A program made the translations under genes and the position numbers. From NCBI GenBank assembly GCA_043801935.1, contig JAZDLO010000058.1, positions 7,075 to 71,074 of the forward strand: a stretch of DNA of 64,000 nt. Reading direction: 5' to 3'. Each line of letters begins with the position of its first letter. Position 1 is the first letter of the stretch. The notes under the pieces are model-generated. The model worked only from the letters and a program-made list of their open reading frames with translations. It was not told the DNA's origin and searched no databases. The stretch comes from a bacterium. GTDB taxonomy: Bacteria; Actinomycetota; Thermoleophilia; RBG-16-64-13. Of the stretch, positions 1 to 8,382 are shown piece by piece.

Positions 1-1173
1 GTGCCTGTCACGGGACCACTGGCACCGTTCTCAGCCGCGGGCAAGTGGGCGGAGGACCATTTCATGACGGCAATCGGCGATGGAGTAGTGCTCGGCGACG
101 GCAAGAAGCATCCCTTTGAGGTCCTCTTGAGGGACACCCAATCCGACAGCAACCGGGCGGCACAGGTGACCGGCGACTTGATCCAGAACGACAAGGCCGA
201 TCTCATCTTGGCAGCGGTCACCCCGGACACCGTCAATCCCGCGGCCGATGTCGCCGAAGCGATGGGATGTCCCTTGATCTCCAACTGGACCGAGGGCCAC
301 GCGTTCACCCTGGGCAGAAAGGCGCCACCTGAAGGTTTCAAGTGGACCTACACGTTCGCCTTCGACGACGTGCTCACCACGGTCAACTACACCGGGCTTC
401 TCCCGCAGATCCCGAGCAACAAGATCGTGGGCCTCGTGCTTGCCAACGACGTGGACGGTAACAACTGGGCCCAATGGGGGCCGCCCATACTCCAGGACGC
501 CGGGTACCAAGTGGTCATGACGGATCTCTACACCCCGGGTGCTGAGGACTACACGGCCCAGATCACGAAGATCAAGAACGCCGGCTGCGAACTCATGCTC
601 GCAGTAATGCTCACGCCCGATTTCACCAATTTCTGGACGCAATCCCATCAGCAGGCGTTTCAACCCAAAGTGGCCATCGGTCACAAGGGCCTGATCTTCC
701 CGGAAGGAGTGCTCTCCATGGGCGAGATCGGCTACAACCTCTCGAGCGCCGGTACCTGGACCCCGCGCAGCAAGTTCATCGACTCTCTGACGGGGATGAA
801 CTGCATGGAATTGGCCGAGGAGTACGAAGCGTTCAGTGGCAGCCAGTGGAGCGAGGCCGTGATAATCCTCTCGCTGTTCGAATGGGCCGCCGACGTGTTC
901 AAGCGCGCGGCAAGCGCCGACGACAGGGAAGGGATAGTCTCCGCGATCAAGGCGACAAAACTGGACACTTGTATCGGCCAGATCGACTTCACGGCTCCCG
1001 TGCAGGAAATGAGCCATCATCCGTTCGTCAATGCTTGTACTCCGCCACAGGCGTGCGGCCAGTGGGTGAAGGCGACGGAGGGCAAATGGCCTATTGACAA
1101 GCACCTGGTATTCACGACAGACCCCGACATCATCGAGCTCGATGGGTCCCTTCAACCGATCGTGTACAACTAA
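1..1173 (+). CDS. LivJ/Peripla_BP_6-type ABC substrate-binding protein, 5' end cut by the window edge
   Basis: The frame is open from nt 1. The sequence PVTGPLAPF...GDGKKHPFEVLLRDTQSDSNRAAQVTGDLIQNDKADLIL aligns colinearly with the full-length paralogs at 11882, 44402 and 59070. The signal peptide and linker must lie upstream of the window. Confidence 0.85.
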   Translation: MPVTGPLAPFSAAGKWAEDHFMTAIGDGVVLGDGKKHPFEVLLRDTQSDSNRAAQVTGDLIQNDKADLILAAVTPDTVNPAADVAEAMGCPLISNWTEGHAFTLGRKAPPEGFKWTYTFAFDDVLTTVNYTGLLPQIPSNKIVGLVLANDVDGNNWAQWGPPILQDAGYQVVMTDLYTPGAEDYTAQITKIKNAGCELMLAVMLTPDFTNFWTQSHQQAFQPKVAIGHKGLIFPEGVLSMGEIGYNLSSAGTWTPRSKFIDSLTGMNCMELAEEYEAFSGSQWSEAVIILSLFEWAADVFKRAASADDREGIVSAIKATKLDTCIGQIDFTAPVQEMSHHPFVNACTPPQACGQWVKATEGKWPIDKHLVFTTDPDIIELDGSLQPIVYN

Positions 1174-1391
1174 GGACCTGAGGTCTTCCGCTCTTTCGAA
1201 TAAATGGTGGCCGTTACGTCCGCGTAGAGGGAGGATGCCAAGGAAAGCTGCTGGCACTCGCCTGCGGTTTGCACCATCGTGCTACGCACTTGGGTGTCCT
1301 TCGAGCCCATCGCGGAGTGCGGGTCCTGTGGGGCTGTCACGGCCATCACCCCATGAATCTCAGGTCAATAAGCTCGAGAAGAGGTGCAAGT

Positions 1392-2855
1392 ATGGCGATG
1401 GAGGCGACACTGAAGGACATTGCCGGGGCGGGCAATGTCAGCGACGAGGCGGCCGTACTGGAGGCCTATGGCGGTGACCTGAGCTTCGTAGGAAGAGTCC
1501 GCCCTCGATTTGTGGTCAGGGCCACTTCTGCGGGAGCGATCCAGAAGCTGGTGGACCTGGCCAGAGAGACGGTCACCCCTCTCGTTCCAGTCAGTTCCGG
1601 TGCTCCCCATTTCTATGGCGACACCGTTCCGGCTACCGGTGATGCCGTCGTCCTCGATCTGAGCGGGATGAAGAAGATAGACCTCGTCCAACGAATCGGC
1701 CGGGTAGCCGTCTTCGAGCCGGGAGTCACCTTCGGGGAACTCATCCCGGCCGTGGCCGAAGAGGGACTGCGCCTGAACATGCCCCTGCAGCCTCGCGCGA
1801 CCAAGTCTGTGGTCGGGAGCATGCTCTCCCGAGAGCCGGTGATCATGCCCCACTATCACTGGGACATATCAGACCCAATAGGATCTACCGAGGTCGTCTT
1901 TGGCACCGGAGAGATGTTCCGCACCGGATCCGCGTCCAACCCCGGCACCATCGAGGAACAGCGCAAGGCGGGAGGGGTGCAGAAGGAGGCCGCCGGTCCT
2001 TCTGCCAACTCGTGGCACAGGATACTCCAGGGTGCCCAGGGGACGATGGGCATCGTCACCTGGGCGTCGGCCCGGTGTGAGTTGCTGCCGGAGTTGGAAC
2101 AGCCCTACTTCATCGGCTCCGCCGATCTGGCGAAGCTCCTGGAGACGATCCATTGGCTGGTCCGCCTGAGACTGGGCAACGAGTGCCTCATCCTCAACAG
2201 TATCGATGTGGCAGCCCTCGTGGCCAGTGACGATCCCGGCTATGCCCAGTCGGTGGCCGAGCTACCGCCCTGGATACTCTTCTTCAACCTGGCTGCCTAC
2301 GACTACCTCCCCGAACAAAGGATGGCGGGACAACTCCAGGATACGAAGGAACTTCTCGAGAGGATCGGAGTCGACGCCGTCCAGAGCCTCGGTGGAATAG
2401 CCTCGGGCGAGTTCATGGAGGCCATCCGTCGTCCCTCGGCCGAGCCGTATTGGAAGCTGCGCCAACATGGGGGCTGCCAGGACATCTTCTTCCTGACCAC
2501 CTACGCCAAGATCCCCGGTCAGGTCCGAGTCATGACGGAGGCCGCGGAGGCGGTCGGTCTCGCCCCCACGAAGATCGGGGTCTACCTCCAGCCGATCGTG
2601 CAGGGTAGCAACTGTCACTGCGAGTTCAACCTATTCTACGACCCCGAGGATCAGACCGAATCGCAGGTCGTCAGGGGGCTTGCCACCAGCGTCGTCCAGC
2701 CGCTCATGGCCGCCGGCGCATTCTTCTCCCGACCGTTCGGGGAAGCGGCGAGAGAGATCATGAACCGAGATGCAGCCAACGTCGAAGCCCTCAGGAAAGT
2801 GAAGGCGATCGTCGACCCGGCCGGCATCCTCAATCCCGGGAAACTCTGCTTCTAA
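1392..2855 (+). CDS. FAD-binding (PCMH-type, GlcD-like) oxidoreductase
   Basis: ATG 1392 follows GAGAAGAGGTG. The N-terminus ...GNVSDEAAVLEAYGGDLSF..., the PLVPVSSGAPHF segment and the C-terminal KAIVDPAGILNPGKL are typical of GlcD/D-lactate dehydrogenase-type flavoproteins. The ORF-track start at 1269 looks like an upstream extension. Confidence 0.85.
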   Translation: MAMEATLKDIAGAGNVSDEAAVLEAYGGDLSFVGRVRPRFVVRATSAGAIQKLVDLARETVTPLVPVSSGAPHFYGDTVPATGDAVVLDLSGMKKIDLVQRIGRVAVFEPGVTFGELIPAVAEEGLRLNMPLQPRATKSVVGSMLSREPVIMPHYHWDISDPIGSTEVVFGTGEMFRTGSASNPGTIEEQRKAGGVQKEAAGPSANSWHRILQGAQGTMGIVTWASARCELLPELEQPYFIGSADLAKLLETIHWLVRLRLGNECLILNSIDVAALVASDDPGYAQSVAELPPWILFFNLAAYDYLPEQRMAGQLQDTKELLERIGVDAVQSLGGIASGEFMEAIRRPSAEPYWKLRQHGGCQDIFFLTTYAKIPGQVRVMTEAAEAVGLAPTKIGVYLQPIVQGSNCHCEFNLFYDPEDQTESQVVRGLATSVVQPLMAAGAFFSRPFGEAAREIMNRDAANVEALRKVKAIVDPAGILNPGKLCF

Positions 2856-2868
2856 GGGAAGGGACGAG

Positions 2869-4134
2869 ATGGCACTGAAGGATTACCAGAGCGAGATGCA
2901 GACCTGCTGCCGCTGCTCGGCCTGTAAGTTCGTTCCCCTGGAAAAAGTGACCGGCTACGAGCATGCGAATGTCTGCCCGAGCATCAGCCGTTACGACTTC
3001 CACACGTACTCCGGAGGAGGACGCATGGGGTTCGGCCTGGCCCTGCTTCAAGGGAGAGTGGACTACACGCCAAACGTCGCGGAGATCGTCTACAACTGCC
3101 AGCTGTGCGGCGCCTGCGACGTCTCCTGCAAGTATGCGATGGACATGGACGTGCTCGAGCCGCTGTATGCAGTCCGCCGGGAGTGTGTGAAGAACGGCCA
3201 GACCATGCCGGTGCTGGACAAGCTTGTGGCTACCATGGAGAAACAGGGCCCCATGGTATTGGGCGCCACGGGCAAGCGGGGGCAGTGGCATCAGGGACTC
3301 GATATCAAAGACTACACGCAGGAGAAAGTCCCGGTCATCTACCATGCCGGTTGCCTGGCCGGATACGACAAGAACAGCGGGCAGGTGGCCCGGGCTGCCT
3401 TCTCCCTGCTCCAGAAGGCAGGGGTCGAGGTGGGTATCGCCAAGGACCAGGAGCTCTGCTGTGGGGGCCGGGCCTACGAGATGGGCTACCATGACCAAGC
3501 CCTCAAACAGGCCGAACTGAACGTGGCCCGCTTCAGGGAGTCGGGGGCCACCGAACTGGTCACCGGTTGCGCCTACTGCTATCAGTACTGCAAAGTGCTC
3601 TATGCCAAGCTGGGGCTGGAGACAGGAATCAAGGTCTGGCACATCACCGAGTATCTGGCCGAACTGATCCAGAAGGGCAAGCTCAAACCTCGCAAGAAGC
3701 TGGACCTGACCGTGACCTATCACGATCCATGCCATCTGGGCCGTTTGAGCGAGCCCTGGATCGCCTGGCAAGGCGAACAGCGGCAAAGGCACATGCGCGT
3801 GTACGATCCGCCCCGTACGTTCCGCCGAGGCACGGACGGAGTCTATGAGCCGCCGCGCGAGGTGCTCGGAAGCATCCCCGGCTTGAAGCTGGTGGAGATG
3901 GATCGCATCCGAGAATACGCCTGGTGCTGCGGGGCCGGAGGCGGGGTGAAAGAGGCCAACCCCGAGTTCGCTCGATGGACCGCGGCCGAAAGGCTGCGAG
4001 AGGCCGAGTCAACTGGAGCTGAGGCTCTGGTCACCGCCTGTCCTCATTGCGTCCAGAACCTCCAGGCTGCCGGAGGAGACGGCGGTCATCTAAAGGTCTA
4101 CGATGTTGTCGAGCTCTTGGACAAGGCGATTTAG
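2869..4134 (+). CDS. (Fe-S)-binding protein with CCG domains (GlcF/HdrD-like)
   Basis: Two ferredoxin-like Cys motifs (CCRCSACKFVP and CQLCGACDVSCK) and two CCG-type motifs (ELCCGG and WCCGAGGG). AAGGGAAGGGACGAG lies ahead of the ATG. Confidence 0.85.
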   Translation: MALKDYQSEMQTCCRCSACKFVPLEKVTGYEHANVCPSISRYDFHTYSGGGRMGFGLALLQGRVDYTPNVAEIVYNCQLCGACDVSCKYAMDMDVLEPLYAVRRECVKNGQTMPVLDKLVATMEKQGPMVLGATGKRGQWHQGLDIKDYTQEKVPVIYHAGCLAGYDKNSGQVARAAFSLLQKAGVEVGIAKDQELCCGGRAYEMGYHDQALKQAELNVARFRESGATELVTGCAYCYQYCKVLYAKLGLETGIKVWHITEYLAELIQKGKLKPRKKLDLTVTYHDPCHLGRLSEPWIAWQGEQRQRHMRVYDPPRTFRRGTDGVYEPPREVLGSIPGLKLVEMDRIREYAWCCGAGGGVKEANPEFARWTAAERLREAESTGAEALVTACPHCVQNLQAAGGDGGHLKVYDVVELLDKAI

Positions 4135-4147
4135 GGGGCTTCAGCAC

Positions 4148-5695
4148 ATGGCTATGAACAAAGGGCAGTACCGCGCTCTTGAGTCGGTGGTGGGGCCAGA
4201 GAATATCTCGGATGACCCCGTTCACCTGGATGCATGGGCCTGGCGGTCCGGTCAAGCCGCCATGGCGCAGGAATTCAGTCCCCGTTTCGAGGCGATCGTC
4301 ATGCCGGGGAGCACGGAAGAAGTCCAAGCGATCGTGAGACTGTGCAATAGGTTCAAGATCCAGTTCAAAGCTTCCAGCACCGGGTGGGGGGTCTACTGCG
4401 ATCCAACCGGGCCTGGGTGTCTGAAGCTGGACCTGCGTCGCATGAACCGGATCCTGGAGATCAACGAAGAGAACATGTACGCGGTGGTGGAGCCGTACGT
4501 GATCACCGCCCAGCTTCAGGGCGAGCTGATGAAGAAAGGGCTTCACTGCAACATCAATGGGGCCGGAGCCGTCACCTCCGCGCTGCCCCTGGCGGCCCAC
4601 GAGGGGATCGGGCACCTGAGCCAGACATGCAGCATAGGCGAGAGAAACCAGTTGGCACTGGAGTGGGTCACTCCCGAGGGGGAGATCGTCCGGACGGGCT
4701 CCCTCGGCTCTGTGGGAGAGTGGTTCTGCGGGGATGGTCCAGGACCCTCGTTGCGGGGGATCGTCCGCGGGAACGTTATGCCGTTGGGCGGGCTGGGAGT
4801 GTACACAAAGGCCGCCACCAAGATCTACCACTGGCCCGGTCCTCCCACCATGGTACTGAAGGGATCGTCGCCCAGCTATGCTCCCGTCGAGGCACCGGCC
4901 AATTTCTTGCTGCGGTTCCTCTCTTTTCCCACCGAGGAAGGGCGCGCGTCGGCCATTCGGAAGATCGGAGAGAGCGAGATCGGTTTCGTCCTCATGGGAT
5001 TCAACGGCAATATGGTGGCGGCCAACGTGGCGACGAGCAACGAGGAGGAACTCGCGCTCGCCGCGGAGTACCTGAAAGACATCCAGGGGCCGGGCTTCTG
5101 TCTGGTCATAGCCGGGAATTCGGCTCGAGATTTCGAGTACAGAAAGCAGGTCCTGGAGCTGATCATCGAGGAGACCCAGGGACGGTCCCTGAGGGCGGTC
5201 GAAGATGGCGACGTGCAGAACGCCTTCATATGGCGATGCATCCGCGTCACCGCGTCGATACGGGAGACCATGCGGGCTACCGGCGTCTTCGGGGGAGAGG
5301 TCTTCGGGACGGATAGCTACCAGGTCCAATCGAACTTCATCCAGCATTCGGTGAGAGACAAGGCCGATTTGATCGAGCGGGGGCTGGTCTATCCCGACAG
5401 CACCATCCCCTTCATCACTTCGCTCGAGCACGGTCAGCAGGCTCACTCGGAGGTGCTGCTGCGCTGGACACCGAGCCCCGAGGTCGCGGAAGCGACGATG
5501 GAGTACGTGGGCAAGGCCAACTCCAACGCGGTGAGCGGGCACTATGGTCTCCCGCACCATGTCTTCAACGACGCGCAACACGACTTCTTCGGACCGCATA
5601 TGTGGAACTACCACACCTGGCTGAGACGGGTGAAGAAGAGCTTCGATCCTAATGCGACGTCTGAGTCCAGCAACCATATATCTGCCAAGGACTAG
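4148..5695 (+). CDS. Second FAD-binding (PCMH-type) oxidoreductase subunit
   Basis: ATG 4148 lies 14 nt after the previous stop. The N-terminus reads LESVVGPENISDDPVHLDAW...AIVMPGSTEEVQAIVRLCN. Together with 1392 and 2869 it forms a D/F/E-like trio. Confidence 0.8.
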   Translation: MAMNKGQYRALESVVGPENISDDPVHLDAWAWRSGQAAMAQEFSPRFEAIVMPGSTEEVQAIVRLCNRFKIQFKASSTGWGVYCDPTGPGCLKLDLRRMNRILEINEENMYAVVEPYVITAQLQGELMKKGLHCNINGAGAVTSALPLAAHEGIGHLSQTCSIGERNQLALEWVTPEGEIVRTGSLGSVGEWFCGDGPGPSLRGIVRGNVMPLGGLGVYTKAATKIYHWPGPPTMVLKGSSPSYAPVEAPANFLLRFLSFPTEEGRASAIRKIGESEIGFVLMGFNGNMVAANVATSNEEELALAAEYLKDIQGPGFCLVIAGNSARDFEYRKQVLELIIEETQGRSLRAVEDGDVQNAFIWRCIRVTASIRETMRATGVFGGEVFGTDSYQVQSNFIQHSVRDKADLIERGLVYPDSTIPFITSLEHGQQAHSEVLLRWTPSPEVAEATMEYVGKANSNAVSGHYGLPHHVFNDAQHDFFGPHMWNYHTWLRRVKKSFDPNATSESSNHISAKD

Positions 5696-5833
5696 GGCTC
5701 TCGGGCTTCGCCCAGACGATTGCCGACGCCGGGGAGTTTCTCGACCCCCCAGCGGCTCCTCCCACGCCCAACCGCGAGAAATGTCGGCACCCGTTCGGCC
5801 GAACCCCAGGGTCACCCACTGAGCGAGGTCGGT

Positions 5834-6586
5834 ATGTTCCAGGTGAAAGCAACGCTGGTCGAGTTCTTGGGGGACGAACAGAAGTACCCGTGCCACTTCA
5901 GCCACAAGATCGGGGACGAGTTCGTCTTTGACGGCGAGGAGTTCCATGGCAGGCTGTGCCCACACGTGATCACCGTGCTCATGCCCAAAGTAGAAGCTCT
6001 GTACGATGCCGGGCCCAAGTACATACAACCTCCCTACTACTCTCCCTTCTGGTACGCGCCGTTGAGTGCGAGAGACGCGAGCATGAAAGCCTACGACGGG
6101 ATCGGGTGGAGGGCGCTCTCTGAGGATATCCCCGAGCCGCCGCATAGCCTCAAAGCCTTGCTTCCCAGAGGGGCGTTCGAGTATCCGTCGAGCGCTGAGC
6201 GAACTGTCATGAGGGATGTGATGGTCCTCTGTCCGGACGTCCGCACCTCGGCCTTGTTCAGGCTCGAGGCGTTCGATCTAGCTGAAGGGGGCGAGGCCTC
6301 ACCCTACTTCCGGAAGCAGATGGCCATACTGCAGGTCGTCGGGAAGAACGACGGGCTCCTCGTGGAGGACGTGCGTGGCAAGCTCTCACGAGCGCACCGA
6401 GAGGAGATATACCCTCTTGCTGCTCCGGTGCTTGTAGCGGCGCTCACCGAAGAGCTGCAGGCCCTGGACTACGTGCGGCTCGAGAGCGGCCGGTTGCATA
6501 TCACACCCGCCGGCGAAACGAAGCTCGAAGGGTTCAGGAAAAGTGCGACTGAAACGCTGAAGAAGGCCCTCGAGCCCGAGCCCTAG
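5834..6586 (+). CDS. Hypothetical protein: TIGR04076-like N-terminal region fused to a winged-helix-like C-terminus
   Basis: ATG 5834. KYPCHFSHKIGDEFVFDGEEFHGRLCPHV and VMVLCPDVRTSALFRLEAF resemble my recollection of the small TIGR04076 family. The last ~70 aa (MAILQVVGKNDGLLVEDVRGKL...LDYVRLESGRLHITPAGE) look like a MarR-type wHTH. The family assignment is from memory only. Confidence 0.55.
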   Translation: MFQVKATLVEFLGDEQKYPCHFSHKIGDEFVFDGEEFHGRLCPHVITVLMPKVEALYDAGPKYIQPPYYSPFWYAPLSARDASMKAYDGIGWRALSEDIPEPPHSLKALLPRGAFEYPSSAERTVMRDVMVLCPDVRTSALFRLEAFDLAEGGEASPYFRKQMAILQVVGKNDGLLVEDVRGKLSRAHREEIYPLAAPVLVAALTEELQALDYVRLESGRLHITPAGETKLEGFRKSATETLKKALEPEP

Positions 6587-6609
6587 GAGACCGCAGGGAG
6601 GTGCCCAGC

Positions 6610-8382
6610 ATGCAGGGGATGATCACGGATTATGACGTCCCGATCCTCATGCGGGACGGTGTCAAGCTCGTTGTGGACGTGTACCGCCCCGATGCCCCGG
6701 GCAGGTACCCGGTCCTCTACGCCTCCGGTCCCCACAACAAGGACCTGCAGCGCCCGGAGATCGGCGAGAATCTGAAAGCCGCGCAGCCGGCCTGGTCGAC
6801 CGTGTGGTTCGGTGTGCTCGAAGCAGGCGACAGCAAGCGTTTCGTGTCGAACGGATACGTCCACGTGATAGGGCAGATCCGGGGGGGACACAAGTCGGAG
6901 GGTGTCCCCGGCCAGGGTGACTGGTGGGACGAATACGACACCATCGACTGGATAACGGCTCAGCCGTGGTGTGACGGCAACGTCGGCATGGTGGGCCTTT
7001 CCGGCTTCGCCGGGCAGCAGTGGAAGGCGGCGACTCAGCAGCACCCGGCCCTCAAGGCCATCTTTCCCTTCGATGCAACCGGCGTCTATGGGGGACCGCG
7101 GGGCTTTCGTGAAGCCAATCCCGGGGGTGTCATCGGGACCATGTTCTACCACCTCGGGCTCTTCAACAGCATGCATATGGAGTTGGGCACGCCGCCGGAA
7201 CTGCCACCGGAGGCGGAAGCCGCCTGGCAAGCGGCGATGTCCGACCCCGACTATATGATGTACGTCAACCTGTACAACATCCTGACGATGAGGGGTCAGC
7301 GGGACCCCGGCGTGTTCTACGACCTAATCTTTCCCTACGAAGGTCCGGACGTGGTGGCGCAGAGCGAGCAGCGGCTCGGGAAGATCGAGGTGCCTTTCTA
7401 CACCGGCGCGTTCGAAGGCGCCTACACCTACAAGATGCATTGGCAGGGCGCTCAACACTATTTCCAGGACATCGACACCCCCCATAAGAAGCTGCTCTTC
7501 ACGCCGCCGGCTCATGCCGAGCGGCCCTTCCACGAGTGGCACGACGAGATCCTGCGCTGGTACGACTACTGGCTCAAAGGCATCGACACCGGCATCATGG
7601 ACGAGCCGCCGGTGAAGTACTGGGTCATGGGAGCCAACACCTGGCGCACGGGCGACGATTGGCCTTTGCCAGAAACGGACTGGATCAAGTATTACCTGCA
7701 CAGTTGGGAGAAGCTCGGTCCCCAGCCCCACCTGTCGGAGAGCCGCACTTTCGTCAACGAGCCTCCCGACGCCTTTGTGCAGATGCCGCCCACTCAGACC
7801 AACAAGATCGAACGCCTGCGCTACATGACCGACCCCTTACCGGAAGACCTGCTCGTGGTCGGGCCGATCTCGCTCACGCTCTACGGGTCCATCGATGAAA
7901 CCGACACCAACTGGATAGTGATCCTCAAAGACGTGGGCCCGGATGTGTCCGTGCAGACCGCCCGCCAGGGCGAGCGCTCGGTGCCGGATGATCTGCCCGA
8001 ACGCGAGCTGACTCGAGGGTGGCTCAAGGCGTCCCGCCGGGCGATCGATCCGGAACGTTCCCGGCCATGGAAGCCGTGGCACTATCTGACCGCAGATAGG
8101 ATCCAGCCGGTCGTCCCCGGAGAGATCAACGAGTACCGAATCGAGATCCTCTCCACGTGCAACCTGTTCAAGGCCGGGCACCGGATCTGTCTGGATATCA
8201 GCAGCCTCGACTTGGCCGAGGGTGTGGCTGGGGAGACCACCGTGGAGTACATCGCGGCCCACGTGTGCAGCAGCAAGACGGTGCTCCACAAGGTCTACCA
8301 CAACGCCCAATACCCATCGCACCTGTTGTTACCGGTAATCCCAAAGAACACAGCAAAAGGGGGGGCTCAGCAATGGCGGTAG
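6610..8382 (+). CDS. CocE/NonD family (S15 X-Pro dipeptidyl-peptidase-like) hydrolase
   Basis: ATG 6610 lies 9 nt after GGGAGG. Supporting motifs: ITDYDVPILMRDGVKLVVDVYRPDAPGRYPVLY, the nucleophile-elbow region MVGLSGFAGQQW, and a C-terminal jelly-roll-like region. Confidence 0.85.
   Translation: MQGMITDYDVPILMRDGVKLVVDVYRPDAPGRYPVLYASGPHNKDLQRPEIGENLKAAQPAWSTVWFGVLEAGDSKRFVSNGYVHVIGQIRGGHKSEGVPGQGDWWDEYDTIDWITAQPWCDGNVGMVGLSGFAGQQWKAATQQHPALKAIFPFDATGVYGGPRGFREANPGGVIGTMFYHLGLFNSMHMELGTPPELPPEAEAAWQAAMSDPDYMMYVNLYNILTMRGQRDPGVFYDLIFPYEGPDVVAQSEQRLGKIEVPFYTGAFEGAYTYKMHWQGAQHYFQDIDTPHKKLLFTPPAHAERPFHEWHDEILRWYDYWLKGIDTGIMDEPPVKYWVMGANTWRTGDDWPLPETDWIKYYLHSWEKLGPQPHLSESRTFVNEPPDAFVQMPPTQTNKIERLRYMTDPLPEDLLVVGPISLTLYGSIDETDTNWIVILKDVGPDVSVQTARQGERSVPDDLPERELTRGWLKASRRAIDPERSRPWKPWHYLTADRIQPVVPGEINEYRIEILSTCNLFKAGHRICLDISSLDLAEGVAGETTVEYIAAHVCSSKTVLHKVYHNAQYPSHLLLPVIPKNTAKGGAQQWR

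Noticed and set aside
4031-6145. Very long antisense or alternative-frame ORFs. Examples: 31-1257 (-), 4031-6145 (-), 8997-10748 (-), 24788-27151 (+), 40899-42248 (-), 42297-43571 (-), 52930-54657 (-), 58005-58982 (-), 31591-33090 (+), 47229-48620 (+).
   Set aside because: They are Arg/Gly/Pro/His-rich and of low complexity, have no recognisable motifs, and lie opposite or overlapping ORFs with strong family signatures. This is typical shadow-ORF behaviour in high-GC DNA.
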